Below, one piece after another: positions 50,674-61,483 of a DNA stretch of 64,000 nt. The notes below the pieces were generated by a model. The model saw only the letters and a program-made list of their open reading frames with translations. It did no database searches and was not told where the DNA came from. Made by a program: the position numbers and the translations under genes. The DNA is from Microcoleus sp. (lineage in GTDB: Bacteria > Cyanobacteriota > Cyanobacteriia > Cyanobacteriales > Microcoleaceae), in the NCBI GenBank assembly GCA_052279835.1, contig CP181291.1, positions 3,360,001 to 3,424,000 of the forward strand, in the 5' to 3' direction. The stretch's first letter is position 1, and every line of letters starts with the position of its first letter.

Positions 50674-51486
50674 TTGGTGAAAAAATACCAAGACAAGCGC
50701 GATCGACCCTTAGATGAAACCATTAACAACAGATGGTTTCAGCGATTTTCTGTCACTATGTTCCTAGGTGGACAAGTGCTGTGGCGCATACTCAGTGGCA
50801 AAGTTGACCGCCGCAAAATCATGGAACACTTAGTCACAGTAGGATTAGATTCTTTGCGCGCTGTATTATTAATAGCCTTCTTTGCCGGCATGATTTTTAC
50901 CATTCAATCAGCCAGAGAATTGATTAGATTTGGGGCTGTGGGCGCGGTAGGAGGTGCTTTTGCTTTGGCATTTTGCCGCGAATTAGCACCAGTTTTAACT
51001 GCCGGTGTAGTAGCGGGACAAGTAGGTTCAGCCTTTGCAGCGGAAATCGGCGAAATGCAGGTGACGGAACAAATAGATGCGCTGTATATGTTGAGAACAA
51101 ATCCGGTTGATTATTTAGTAGTACCACGGGTGATAGCTTGTTGTGTCATGCTGCCGGTATTAACTATTTTTGCGGTGGCGGTGGGGATTATAGGGGGAGT
51201 GTTTGTAGCTGCTATTTTTTATGAGTTGGAACCGTCAGTATTTTTAGAATCTGTTCGGACTTTTTTAGGACCTTGGGATTTAGTCACTGTGGCGATTAAG
51301 AGTTTTATTTTTGGATTGATTATTGCCATTGTGGGTTGCGGTTGGGGATTGACTACAACGGGGGGAGGTAAGGGAGTTGGACAAGCTGCGACGGCGGCGG
51401 TGGTAACTTCTTGGGTGTTTATTTTTGTGGCTGATTTCTTTTTGTCGCTGTTACTTTTTCATGAGTTGGGAATTACTAGAAGTTGA
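50674..51486 (+). CDS. mlaE: MlaE/TGD1 family lipid ABC permease
   Basis: RELAPVLTA, GSAFAAEIG.MQVTEQIDAL, YLVVPR. Confidence 0.9.
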   Translation: MVKKYQDKRDRPLDETINNRWFQRFSVTMFLGGQVLWRILSGKVDRRKIMEHLVTVGLDSLRAVLLIAFFAGMIFTIQSARELIRFGAVGAVGGAFALAFCRELAPVLTAGVVAGQVGSAFAAEIGEMQVTEQIDALYMLRTNPVDYLVVPRVIACCVMLPVLTIFAVAVGIIGGVFVAAIFYELEPSVFLESVRTFLGPWDLVTVAIKSFIFGLIIAIVGCGWGLTTTGGGKGVGQAATAAVVTSWVFIFVADFFLSLLLFHELGITRS

Positions 51487-51534
51487 TGATATTTTATTGA
51501 TACTCCCCAGGCTAAATGCCTTGTTTACAAAAAA

Positions 51535-53052
51535 TTAAGTTGTCGGTGAGGTGAATATCTTATCGGTCCGTAGCTGACTTTTTGGGCTTTTCGGTTCCGG
51601 CTTGTAAGCAGGGCGATACACTCGAATTTCCTGAATAGGAACTTTCCCATTAGCTTCAGGAACGATTTCCAAAATATGTTTGGAATTGCTTAAATTCTGA
51701 GCCAATGTGGTATAATATTCGCGGTTTAAATCGGTACTTTCTGGCTGCACATAGGCATCCACAAACATTGGTTTTACCTGCCATGCGGTCTCAAATCCTT
51801 TGAGTGTTGGCTGTTTAGAATATTCATAGGAACTTTGCAGCCACCAGTTTTTGGGTTCAATGACAACGCGACCAGAATTTGATACAAATAATTTGTCATT
51901 TGTACCGCTACCGTCATAACCTGTTTTTGAACCAAAAACCTGAAACTTAAACTTGCTGGAATCGCTGTTAATTTCTGTAATTACTGCTTTCCAATCTTCC
52001 ACGATTAGGGGTTTCTGACTGGATACTTGGATAATGGCTGGCCAACCGACGCCAACGGTGGGACTGGGGCGGGTAATTGCATAAAGTTCGGGAAATTCTG
52101 ATGGTTTCTTGCCGTCTATGGTAATCCTAGCACTGCTGGCTTTGTCCTTGAAGTTTTTATCGGCGATCGCATCTATTCTATTTCCTTCAAATTCTAACCG
52201 CAATTTGCCATCTTCCCACTGGACTTCCTTACCAACTCTATAAGTTTTTACTAAATCTGAATCGGGTTTTTTAGGGAAATTTGGATTGTATCGCAGGTGG
52301 GGCTTAATTAGGGCTGCTAGGAGAAAATTTCCCCAATCGTTGAGGTGAATTTCGTCACTCAATAGCTGTTTTGGCTGCAAGCCATTGTCTTGCAAATACC
52401 GTTTCCAAGGTGCGCGTATTTCCGCAATTTCGCATCCATATTTTTCGGCAAGTTGAGGCAACCATTGGGTAGAATGACTGTTGTGCCATTCGTATCTTTT
52501 TAGCTGCTCTGGATCGTCTTTTTCTCCTGTTGGCATCCAGTCGATGTGATCTGAATGTATGAGTATTTCGCTAGTGGTGCGACGGCGGATATTAGCAATG
52601 ATTGATTCGTAATCTTCATCTCCTCCGTAAACGTGAAAAATTACCAAATCTGGATAAAAAGGATATAAGTCGTGTTCGCTGGGACGGATTAACAACCCAG
52701 CCGCAAATCCTCCGATGGCGCGGTTTTCAATGGTCAAATCTGCATAGGGAAATCGCTTTATGATATCGTTGGCTACATCTTGCCACCAATCTTGTTTGGT
52801 GATAGATTGTCCATAAAATAGGATGCGTACTGGTTTGCGATCGCCAGGAGTGCTGCTAGCCAGCAATCCCATGGTCCTTTGAATATTAGCTCCAAAATTA
52901 GCACTGTTTTCCTGGGAAACTGGTGGGGGAAATCCTTGTGTAGCATTAATTTTGTGGAGGGCTGGAACTAACAGGATAATCAGAGATAAACAAAATACCC
53001 ATAGGTAGGGATAGATTTTTGATTTGATGATATGGCTATAGTGTTTTTTCAT
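51535..53052 (-). CDS. Secreted SGNH/GDSL-like hydrolase
   Basis: FYGQSIT, NRAIGG, DEIHLN; N-terminal TM/signal. Confidence 0.7.
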   Translation of the reverse strand: MKKHYSHIIKSKIYPYLWVFCLSLIILLVPALHKINATQGFPPPVSQENSANFGANIQRTMGLLASSTPGDRKPVRILFYGQSITKQDWWQDVANDIIKRFPYADLTIENRAIGGFAAGLLIRPSEHDLYPFYPDLVIFHVYGGDEDYESIIANIRRRTTSEILIHSDHIDWMPTGEKDDPEQLKRYEWHNSHSTQWLPQLAEKYGCEIAEIRAPWKRYLQDNGLQPKQLLSDEIHLNDWGNFLLAALIKPHLRYNPNFPKKPDSDLVKTYRVGKEVQWEDGKLRLEFEGNRIDAIADKNFKDKASSARITIDGKKPSEFPELYAITRPSPTVGVGWPAIIQVSSQKPLIVEDWKAVITEINSDSSKFKFQVFGSKTGYDGSGTNDKLFVSNSGRVVIEPKNWWLQSSYEYSKQPTLKGFETAWQVKPMFVDAYVQPESTDLNREYYTTLAQNLSNSKHILEIVPEANGKVPIQEIRVYRPAYKPEPKSPKSQLRTDKIFTSPTT

Positions 53053-53335
53053 TTTTTTATATTTTTGATGCTCCGTGAATCTGGACTAGATCTTGATGGA
53101 CGGTATCTATTTTATAAACTATAGCAATTTTAGCGGTGTCGCCAAGAAAAGGCAGGAGTAAAGAGTTGACAAAGGACTGCCAAATGTTATAATCTAATTG
53201 GTATTTATTCAGCGTTCTCCATGAGGCATCTCCTCAAAAGATAGTCCAGAACAAGCCCGACTGCGTGTTCTGTAGAAATTATGGGAAATGTATATTTGTC
53301 AGCTCATTAATTTCAGGAGTTCGATCGCACATCAA

Positions 53336-53680
53336 ATGGATTACAAAACCGCCCGCAGTTTCCTGATAGACCAGGGAAGTGCCCTGGAAACCAAGAAAAA
53401 TCCCGACGCTTTTTTGATGCGCCTCCAACAAGGACTCTCTCCCGTCCCAGGACAGGTGACATCGATTTTATTAGCTTTAAAAATATTGTTTGAGGGTTTG
53501 CAAGAATCTCCCATGCTCGATCGGCAATTAATCTCGGCCCTGCATTTACTGTCAGTAGAAAGTTTGCAGCAATTTGAAGCAGGAGTTCGCAGGGGAGTTT
53601 CTTGGCCGCCGCTACTGAAAGAAGACTTGAATCGAATTGCGATCGCCGTTAAAAATATCTTTTCGGGTGTCTGGAAATAA
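53336..53680 (+). CDS. Conserved cyanobacterial hypothetical protein
   Basis: AGGAG upstream; PVPGQVTSILLALK, WPPLLKEDL. Confidence 0.75.
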   Translation: MDYKTARSFLIDQGSALETKKNPDAFLMRLQQGLSPVPGQVTSILLALKILFEGLQESPMLDRQLISALHLLSVESLQQFEAGVRRGVSWPPLLKEDLNRIAIAVKNIFSGVWK

Positions 53681-54557
53681 TTAACTGAGTGGGATTTTAG
53701 ATATAAGTTCCGCTAGGGTGGATCTGTGTTTTGCAAATATATTAGTACGATGCTCTAGCCTGACCGCTGTAAATCTCTAGCGCGAGCTAATAAATTGTCT
53801 GCGGTCATGGTTCGCCCTTATATCAATTCCGGTTGTATCGGAATGATTTAACCGCGAAGGCGCGAAGTACGCGAAGCAAGAGAAGAGAGAGTTTAATAAT
53901 TCCAATGAAGAGAGGATTTGATATTACTTACTATTTCTCTCTTCTCTTTCTCTGTGTCCTCTGTGTTCTCTGTGGTTTAATCATTCCGATATAACGGTAA
54001 TTGATATCATTCCCACGGATAAATCCGTGGGCTATGAATAAGCAAGATAGGGAGCTTTTTTTTTGTGGTCTGGTGCATCTGGGGGCAAGAAGAGCAAATC
54101 CTGCGATATCACAACCAAGAAATAGCGAAGTTTTGGGTTATTTCACTTGACCAAAAAACCGTTATTTCCAGGTTTCAACCAGCCAAATTTTACTCTTCAC
54201 AAAAGCTTTCCAGAGATGCCAAAAGTGTGGGCAATCCCGCCAGCGCCGCTGACACCAAAACTTCATCCTTGTAAACCCGTGCTTGGATAATGCGGGTTCT
54301 CTGGGAATTAGAGGTTGTAGATCCTCGCAGTTCCCGATTTCCGGTTTCCACTAGCCCAGAACTTCTAGTTTCTCGCGTCAGGCAAAACATAGCTGTATCC
54401 TCATTTATTCCCTAATGCCGCGCCCGCAAAATTTTTCAGCGCTTGAGCCATACTCCCATTGTTGCTCAGATCGGCCAAATAAATGAAATGATGAAATAAT
54501 AATTCACGATAGCTGGGGATCGACGAAAACTGTATAACAACTATATAATAACTCTTA

Positions 54558-55772
54558 TTAATTTGTTACATAGGGTGTCAATTTAAGTCGATCGCCCGCG
54601 AGGACACAAACCGCAGCAACCAAAAAGGCGATCGCCCCCACCATCGCCGTTGTCACAGCAGCAACTGCCAAAGGTGCGACAAACACCATAGAATACAAAC
54701 TCATCCCCAGGGAAAAACCACCAAAATAAAATCCTACTCCCAATCCTCCCCGATGCGGAGGTACCAGAGACAAAGCAAAAGGAATCGCACCAGTAGTAAT
54801 GAAACTATTAGTAAAAATCACAGCCAAAACAGTCACCGCCACCATTACAAAACCCTGACTCAAAACCATTACCAACAACAAAACCGCCGTTGCTACTAAT
54901 CCAGCTAACAGCGTGGTTTGGTTTCCCAAACGCACCGCAATCGCTCCAGCCAGCAAACAAGAAACAGCTAAACCCAAGGTAAATCCAGCCATTAACAACT
55001 TAGCATCAACACCCACAATTTGAGTTTTAAAAACATGGGGCAAAATCCGTTCTCCCATCGCGCGAGTTCCCCAAGCAACAGCCATTCCCGTCAGCGCAAC
55101 TAACCCCAAGGCTTTGATAGAAACTGCCCCAGAAATAGCAGTATCCGGTGGCAATTCCGACACCGCAGCATCAGGATTAACCGATCGCAAAAAAGCGACC
55201 GCACCCAACAATACAAACGAACCAAGAGCGAAGGCAAAAGCTGGACCCCAACTCAGAATAAAATCCCCCGCCACAGGCCTTGCAGCCCCAACCAATCCCC
55301 CCACAAGCACCAATAAACTCATGGCGTGGGGCAACTGCGTTTGAGTTGCATATTGGCCCAACAGCGACACGGCGGGCGATCGAAACATCGCCATGGCGAT
55401 CGCCCAAGCCACAATTACCACAGGGAAAATCCAGCGCAGAGGGGAGACTGGATTGCCAAAAATAAAAATAGCCGGAATCGCCATAAATATAACCGACGAC
55501 AGGATAGTAGCCACAACAATCAGCGGAAAACGAGTTCCCATCCAGTGACGCTGCTTATCAGAAAGCCAGCCAGCAAAAGGTTCGATCGCAATTGCCAAAC
55601 TATCCTCTAAAATAGTGATTCCCCTGTCAAATCCCGCAAAACCAAATCCTGCTAAAAGTTGAGGTAAATACAATCGATAAAGCATCCAACTTAGGGTAAT
55701 TGCTCCCTGCAAAGCCGCCACGCCGCCTACTTGTCGCCACAGAATTAAAGACTGAGATTGAGAAGTTTTCAT
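54558..55772 (-). CDS. MFS transporter
   Basis: About 12 TM segments; GWLSDK..W.GTRFP loop motif. Confidence 0.85.
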   Translation of the reverse strand: MKTSQSQSLILWRQVGGVAALQGAITLSWMLYRLYLPQLLAGFGFAGFDRGITILEDSLAIAIEPFAGWLSDKQRHWMGTRFPLIVVATILSSVIFMAIPAIFIFGNPVSPLRWIFPVVIVAWAIAMAMFRSPAVSLLGQYATQTQLPHAMSLLVLVGGLVGAARPVAGDFILSWGPAFAFALGSFVLLGAVAFLRSVNPDAAVSELPPDTAISGAVSIKALGLVALTGMAVAWGTRAMGERILPHVFKTQIVGVDAKLLMAGFTLGLAVSCLLAGAIAVRLGNQTTLLAGLVATAVLLLVMVLSQGFVMVAVTVLAVIFTNSFITTGAIPFALSLVPPHRGGLGVGFYFGGFSLGMSLYSMVFVAPLAVAAVTTAMVGAIAFLVAAVCVLAGDRLKLTPYVTN

Positions 55773-55793
55773 GGTTTTGACAATTTTTGACAG

Positions 55794-56294
55794 TTGGTGA
55801 TTCAATCACTTTATCTACACTTTAAAAAAATCTCAGCTATATTGTTACTATTTTTAATTTTTGCACCTATGTTTGACTACCAAGTACCAAGGGCCAACTT
55901 CCTGATTCTAACTCTCGAACCACCAACAGCGATCGCTCAAATAAGACCAAATATCAACAGCTTACCTGACGGAGACTACCGTTATCGAGATTCCTTTGCG
56001 ATCGATCGACCTTTTAGAGAAATCCAATTTCGCAAACAAGATAGATACATCACCGGCAGCGATTCCGACAAACGCACAGGTAAAAGCTACTGTTTTCGGG
56101 GCCTAGCACTGCACAACAACGTCATTAATATCACAGTAGCCACTGAAATTGCTCCCCAAACAACCCAGAAAACTGAGTGGAAATTGGAGCCAGGAAGCCC
56201 AATTAATTTTGACAAACTTTATCCGCTGTCAGCAGGACCAGGATTAGAATTGTACAAATGTTTGACAGCATTTTTACCAAAATTGAACTATTAG
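55794..56294 (+). CDS. Hypothetical exported protein
   Basis: LPDGDYRY, FRKQ...ITG, YCFRG; start uncertain. Confidence 0.55.
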   Translation: MVIQSLYLHFKKISAILLLFLIFAPMFDYQVPRANFLILTLEPPTAIAQIRPNINSLPDGDYRYRDSFAIDRPFREIQFRKQDRYITGSDSDKRTGKSYCFRGLALHNNVINITVATEIAPQTTQKTEWKLEPGSPINFDKLYPLSAGPGLELYKCLTAFLPKLNY

Positions 56295-56377
56295 TTATTA
56301 GCGAAGAAGCCGGAATGAATATGAATCACAAATAACAAATAACCCACAACAAATAACCAATAACCAATAACAGTCAA

Positions 56378-57664
56378 CTAAGAACCAGCATTTTTCAACT
56401 CTTCATCGAGCATTTTCCTGTAAACTTTCGGCAAACTAGAACTCATTGAATTGTTTTCAATGCCATATCCCAAACTCGTCCAAGTTCCCGACAACATCCG
56501 CAAAACCTCAGTTAATTTGTCTTCCTTCAACATCTGTGAAATATCAGTTTTCCAAAATTGGCGATCGCTCAACCAAGCATAAACCACCGCATCTTGATAT
56601 TCCGGTTCAAAACTGTAATCTTGCCAAACAATAAAATTAGTAGGCCGGGGGTGATAGCGCTGAGCTTTATCTTTCCAAGTCGAACTCAAAAATTGATACC
56701 TGCCCGCAGCCGTAGTACATTTGCCACGATTCGGACCATTCACAATCTTGACGCACCAATCAGGATGGTGGCTCAAATCTAACACGTATTTACCACCGTA
56801 AACAACGTGATAAGGTCGAGAAACATTGGATTCGCTAGCAGAAATAGTTCGCATCAGTGCCCGAAGGTAAGGATCGCCAGATTTCATAGCCAAAGGCGGG
56901 ATTTTGATCCCATCAGTTGCGGGGGATAAAAACGGCTGATTTCCCCGAAAATTGACCGCCAAAAAAACAGCGCCACCAATCACCATAGCGATTATCAGTA
57001 AAAATCCGAGAATTTGAATTTCTGACTGTCTCAATAAATTGATTCTTTGACGCTGGAGTTTTTTAGCTTGCAACAAAGTCATTTCCAGTTCGGCAATTTC
57101 GGTCAATTTTTGAGCAGCCCGCATTTGGCGGACTCGGAAATCGTGTTGATATAGGGGTGCTGCTAATAGTGTTAAACTTGACAAAGCGGCGGCTAGTTTG
57201 ATGAGCCAAAAATCGAATTCACCGGCGATCGCCACATTGGTTAGAGTAGATATTCCTGTGAATAATTGGCGTGGATCGATGGAGTGTGCGGGCAAATAAA
57301 AAATCGCCATTTGCACCAGCAGGGACAGATTAAAGGCCAGAAAAATGACTACTAGAGCATTCAAGCCTTCCCGCAGGTGCTGGCGCATCCCCGTATGTCG
57401 GCGCTGGAACTTGCGCCCCCGGAGAAAGCTGGCGGAAACCAGAGTGATGAGGGGATTTAAGATTGTGGTGGCAAAAAAGTGAGCAACAAAGAACAAAGGC
57501 AACTGAATCAGCCAAGCGGTTAGCAGTAAACTCAGGAAGCCCCTATCATCGTTAACCAGAGGAATGCCCCTGTTGACTACAAAACTAAAACTCTGAGCCA
57601 GAGCAAATGCCCTTAACCACGAAATCGGATAGGGGAACCAAGCTGGCCACTGGAGAGTTTTCAT
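56378..57664 (-). CDS. Membrane-anchored lambda-lysozyme-like muramidase (GH24/GH104-like)
   Basis: N-terminal TM region; RALMRTISASES, TAAGRYQFL..TW, F.PE.QD, WTSL. Confidence 0.8.
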   Translation of the reverse strand: MKTLQWPAWFPYPISWLRAFALAQSFSFVVNRGIPLVNDDRGFLSLLLTAWLIQLPLFFVAHFFATTILNPLITLVSASFLRGRKFQRRHTGMRQHLREGLNALVVIFLAFNLSLLVQMAIFYLPAHSIDPRQLFTGISTLTNVAIAGEFDFWLIKLAAALSSLTLLAAPLYQHDFRVRQMRAAQKLTEIAELEMTLLQAKKLQRQRINLLRQSEIQILGFLLIIAMVIGGAVFLAVNFRGNQPFLSPATDGIKIPPLAMKSGDPYLRALMRTISASESNVSRPYHVVYGGKYVLDLSHHPDWCVKIVNGPNRGKCTTAAGRYQFLSSTWKDKAQRYHPRPTNFIVWQDYSFEPEYQDAVVYAWLSDRQFWKTDISQMLKEDKLTEVLRMLSGTWTSLGYGIENNSMSSSLPKVYRKMLDEELKNAGS

Positions 57665-58156
57665 GCTGGGAGAGTGAAATCAAAACGGCGAAGGGTGGAA
57701 CTAAATTGTGAAACCATTAAGATTTTGCCAGATTTGGCGATCGTATTCCCAAAATAGCAATTCCGATTATTCGTTGGCTGCGGCGGGTCGATCAAATTTT
57801 TGGTTTCTGACATAGAAGAAGTAGGCACTCGCGGTACTGTCACACTTCAGGACGCTCTAGCCTTGGATATCGAAGACCCAGAAGGGTGGAGTTCGTTTCT
57901 AGAAAATTACGGCTGGTATTGGCCTGCATAGCGAGAGGCAGTAAAATCTGAAAAACTATACCGAGAAAGGTACGATCGCTACACCTCCGGTTTTGCCCTG
58001 CAAGCAATTACCTCAGCCACCCACGATGAACAAGCGGCCGATTCTGCCCATAATTTTAGAAAGTTCGATCGCGAAATAGCAGGTCATTCTCCCTTTGCAG
58101 AACTTGTATTTAAGGGGCTAAACGGAGAAGCCGATCTTATCAAAGATGGTGCGATA

Positions 58157-58296
58157 GCTGGCAACAACTCTCTTAAAATCTTTACCCAACGATGAAAAAT
58201 ATAATTAGCGGTTGATTCACCAATGTCAAATTGTACCCCCAGCATTTGAAAAGTAGGTAAGTTATGCAGGTACACCAATGTCAAAAAAATCTGCGT
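58157..58296 (-). mobile_element. Transposase fragment (IS5/ISL2-like helix-turn-helix)
   Basis: QIFLTLVYLHNLPTFQMLGVQFDIGESTANYIFHRWVKILRELLPA. Confidence 0.7.
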
Positions 58297-58297
58297 T

Positions 58298-58996
58298 TTA
58301 TAGCGGAGACTTTAAAATATTTAATAACACTTTTCTGTAGATATCTAAACCTTTGGTATTCAGGTGAACGCCATCAATTGTTAAATCTGGATTGAGTTCT
58401 TTCTGCTTAAATAATGCTTGTATTCCTTGAGATTCCACAGGAAGTTTTTCCGCAGCCGCTACTTGATTTATGAGAACATTAATTTCGTCAACTCTCGAAA
58501 TTGTTCCTGCTAATTTAGGATTGTAGCTGGCGGCAAGTGTGGAGTAAAAAGCAGGAATCAGAATAATCTTTTTAGTGCCTATAGAACGCAATTTGGCGAT
58601 CGCCTCTTGCAAATTCTGGACAAACTGCTCATCACTAATGCCGTACATAGCATCATTTGTGCCGATCGCAATAATAGATTTTTCGCACTTAAAACCCTTT
58701 GGTACTACCAGTTGAAACTGTTCCAACAGAGAAACCGTACTCATGCCACCGATCGCAAAATTAAAGTTTTCCTCTCCCAAAGAATTGCCCAGAGCCGAAG
58801 AAATAGAATCGCCCCAGACGCACCCTAGATATTGCTTGTCTTGAATTTGCTGTACCTGATTGTACACGGCCATTTGCCACCACAGCGCCGAGCTGACAGT
58901 ATCTCCCGACCCTTGGGGATTAGCTAGCACTCGAAAGGGGATGTAAACACAAACTAAGGCCAAACAGACTGAAATTAACCTAAATTTAACTTTCAT
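58298..58996 (-). CDS. SGNH/GDSL lipase family protein
   Basis: GDSIS, NFAIGG, IGTND, DGVHLN. Confidence 0.9.
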   Translation of the reverse strand: MKVKFRLISVCLALVCVYIPFRVLANPQGSGDTVSSALWWQMAVYNQVQQIQDKQYLGCVWGDSISSALGNSLGEENFNFAIGGMSTVSLLEQFQLVVPKGFKCEKSIIAIGTNDAMYGISDEQFVQNLQEAIAKLRSIGTKKIILIPAFYSTLAASYNPKLAGTISRVDEINVLINQVAAAEKLPVESQGIQALFKQKELNPDLTIDGVHLNTKGLDIYRKVLLNILKSPL

Positions 58997-59124
58997 AAAA
59001 CTTCTTTTAGCTTGCTGCTACTAAAGGCTATAGACATCTCCCAAAAAGCTTCTGAAGCAGAGGCTGTCTGGCTTGTTTCACTATAATTATGGGAGATGTC
59101 TAGTTGGGATTGGTGAAAATTGTT

Positions 59125-59664
59125 TCAATTTCCTCTTAAACGGTGCAAGAGGGATTTAAATCTCGATTGGGCTAAATCGGCATTTTCTAACGTTTGGGAG
59201 ATGGGGAGTTCGTCCTGTGGTTGTTGATATACTAGGTCATTGGTATCTTCGCCTAAACGCTTTACAGTACCACGCAATCTGGATGATAAAAATTTGGTAA
59301 TGGCGCGATAAAATCGCAGGGAAAATAGTACGTCTTGTTCGAGTTTTTCGGTTAGTAGACGTCTAGAAATTGATAGGATTAGGCATTCTTCTTGGGCGAT
59401 GACACTAGCAGATGGCAGTCTTCCGTCTACAAAGGACATTTCGCCTAGGACTTCGCCGGAAATAATTGTCCCAATTTGTTTGTTGCCTAGGGATGAGGCA
59501 AATACGCTCAAAGTGCCATCGAGTACGATATATAGTGCTTCTAAGGGTTTGCCTTCGGTGATGAGTGTGGTGCCGGCTTTGATTTGGGTGCGCTTCCCGT
59601 TAGCAACCATCCAATCAATGTCCCGATCGCTCAATTCCCCTAATATAATTAAAACTTTGCTCAT
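59125..59664 (-). CDS. Cyclic nucleotide-binding domain protein
   Basis: LYIVLDG, GEVLGEMSFVDGRLPSASV. Confidence 0.88.
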   Translation of the reverse strand: MSKVLIILGELSDRDIDWMVANGKRTQIKAGTTLITEGKPLEALYIVLDGTLSVFASSLGNKQIGTIISGEVLGEMSFVDGRLPSASVIAQEECLILSISRRLLTEKLEQDVLFSLRFYRAITKFLSSRLRGTVKRLGEDTNDLVYQQPQDELPISQTLENADLAQSRFKSLLHRLRGN

Positions 59665-60098
59665 AAAATCAGGTTGAGATTAGATAGTATGTAGACCAAT
59701 TGTTAACTGTGGATGCTGCCTAGACGGTTTTGAACTCTGGCTGTCTATTGGTTTCCCGCTAGTGTGGCCAGACTTGCCGGATTTTTCCCTGTGCCTGTCG
59801 GTGCTGCTACTCACTACAAGATTCTATCTTGGTCTTACCCGCGATCGACTCTGTACTCTGGTAACGACACAGCTTTTGTATAAAATCTTCCCTGGGATTG
59901 ATTTTTGGTCGATCGGCAAATTATAATAAAACCGACAACTGATAGACACTCAAAGAAGTGTATCGGCTGGAGAGTTGACTGTTCAACGGTTAAGTGGCAA
60001 TGTAGGAACAAGACAACTCAGATTTTTGTCAAGTTTAAACAAAGCTCTCGACTTTAGCTCTGATACACTTTTAACACACCATTGATTGAGGAGAATCT

Positions 60099-61205
60099 GT
60101 GAATAATCTATTTTCCAGGTCTACTTTCGCTTTAGTAAATCTTGCCGCTTTGGCTGTTTGTTGCACTACCCTGTCAGTTAAAGCTGAAACTGGCAACTTG
60201 CCAGATACCGCCACATCAGCAAGTTTGCCCTCTCAAAACATCCCTGAACTTTCCGAAGCCGTTGCGACTGCTGCGGTTAAAACCGATGCAGTAACAACTG
60301 CTAGTAATAAACAAATTGATTCTATAAGTTCTCTACAAGTAGATGGGGGAGTCAAATCTGAGTTAGTACCAGAGACAGCAACTTCGGAATCACCCACGAA
60401 TGTGGAAGCATCTGCCATGGCACCAGCCACATCAGATGTCGCAAATTCGGAAATCCCGGCGAGTGAAAATCTGGAAAATACATCATCTATGGTTGCTGAG
60501 ACTAAAGACTCGGAACCAGCAGCTACCATCGCCGATAATAGCGCTAAAGTGCAGCCTACTGCCGAAAACGCCACCAAGGGCGATCGAACTTCGGAACTGA
60601 CAGCAGTCAATGCTGATAAAGAAGTCAAAACTGCCAAGGAAGTCTTGAGTCATCCTGTGAGCACTTCGGCATCGGCCTTGACAAAGGAACCGACAACTGC
60701 TAGTGAAAAACCGGAAATTGCCTCGGCACCAACTCAAAAAGTGGCTCAAGAAAACCAAGTCAGACCCGGACGCTCTACCCGTTCTGGCCCTAGCTACATC
60801 GGCATTGGCGGTAATCTAGGTTTTGGGGGAGATACAGCCTTGGGCGACACTTCCTTTGCGATTATTAGCAAAATTGGTTTGACCAACAATTTCTCGGTGA
60901 GGCCTAGTGTTTTGTTCCGGGACAACCTCACGGTTTTGATTCCTGTTACCTACGATTTTGGAGCGGGAAATGCAGTAGAAGTCAGCGATGATTTTGTGAT
61001 TACTGCTGCTCCTTATGCAGGTGCTGGCGTGGCATTTTCTACCGGAGACAACAGCAATTTTGGCTTCCTGATTTCCGGGGGCGTAGATGTGCCACTCTCT
61101 AGAAATTTTACAGCAACGGCTGGGTTGAATATTGGTTTTCTGGATGGTACTGAAGTGGGATTGTTACTTGGTGTCGGTTATACGTTCCCCAATATTGCTC
61201 GATAG
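60099..61205 (+). CDS. Secreted protein with low-complexity linker and C-terminal outer-membrane beta-barrel-like domain
   Basis: GAGGAG RBS; signal peptide; SYIGIGGNLG, PVTYDF, PYAGAG, GVGYTF. Confidence 0.75.
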   Translation: MNNLFSRSTFALVNLAALAVCCTTLSVKAETGNLPDTATSASLPSQNIPELSEAVATAAVKTDAVTTASNKQIDSISSLQVDGGVKSELVPETATSESPTNVEASAMAPATSDVANSEIPASENLENTSSMVAETKDSEPAATIADNSAKVQPTAENATKGDRTSELTAVNADKEVKTAKEVLSHPVSTSASALTKEPTTASEKPEIASAPTQKVAQENQVRPGRSTRSGPSYIGIGGNLGFGGDTALGDTSFAIISKIGLTNNFSVRPSVLFRDNLTVLIPVTYDFGAGNAVEVSDDFVITAAPYAGAGVAFSTGDNSNFGFLISGGVDVPLSRNFTATAGLNIGFLDGTEVGLLLGVGYTFPNIAR

Positions 61206-61243
61206 TTGGGCTGTGGGAGCAAATTTCTAACAAGTAAGTAGGT

Positions 61244-61278
61244 GGTTGGCTGTAGGATTGCAGCCAACCTTTTTTTTT
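61244..61278 (+). terminator. Rho-independent terminator
   Basis: GGTTGGCTGTA-GGAT-TGCAGCCAACC followed by a T run. Confidence 0.85.
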
Positions 61279-61483
61279 GATTTAGGAGCGATCCCCAGAG
61301 TTCCGACTTCTTTGAGAACTTAGATCAAATCCTCTCTTCTCTTCCTTCGCGTCATGAGCACCTTCGCGGTTAAATCATTCCGATACAACCGGAATTGATA
61401 TTATTCTGGATCTGGATTGAATAACTAGCCAACACCACACAAATAGTGTTACTTATAAGAGATTGTATGGCGCGATGCCTTAA

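Noticed and set aside
54030..54470. Short ORFs or possible remnant
   Set aside because: No recognisable homology in any frame I read
57740..58155. Plus-strand pseudogene frame with two stops
   Set aside because: No recognisable motif, so it cannot be assigned
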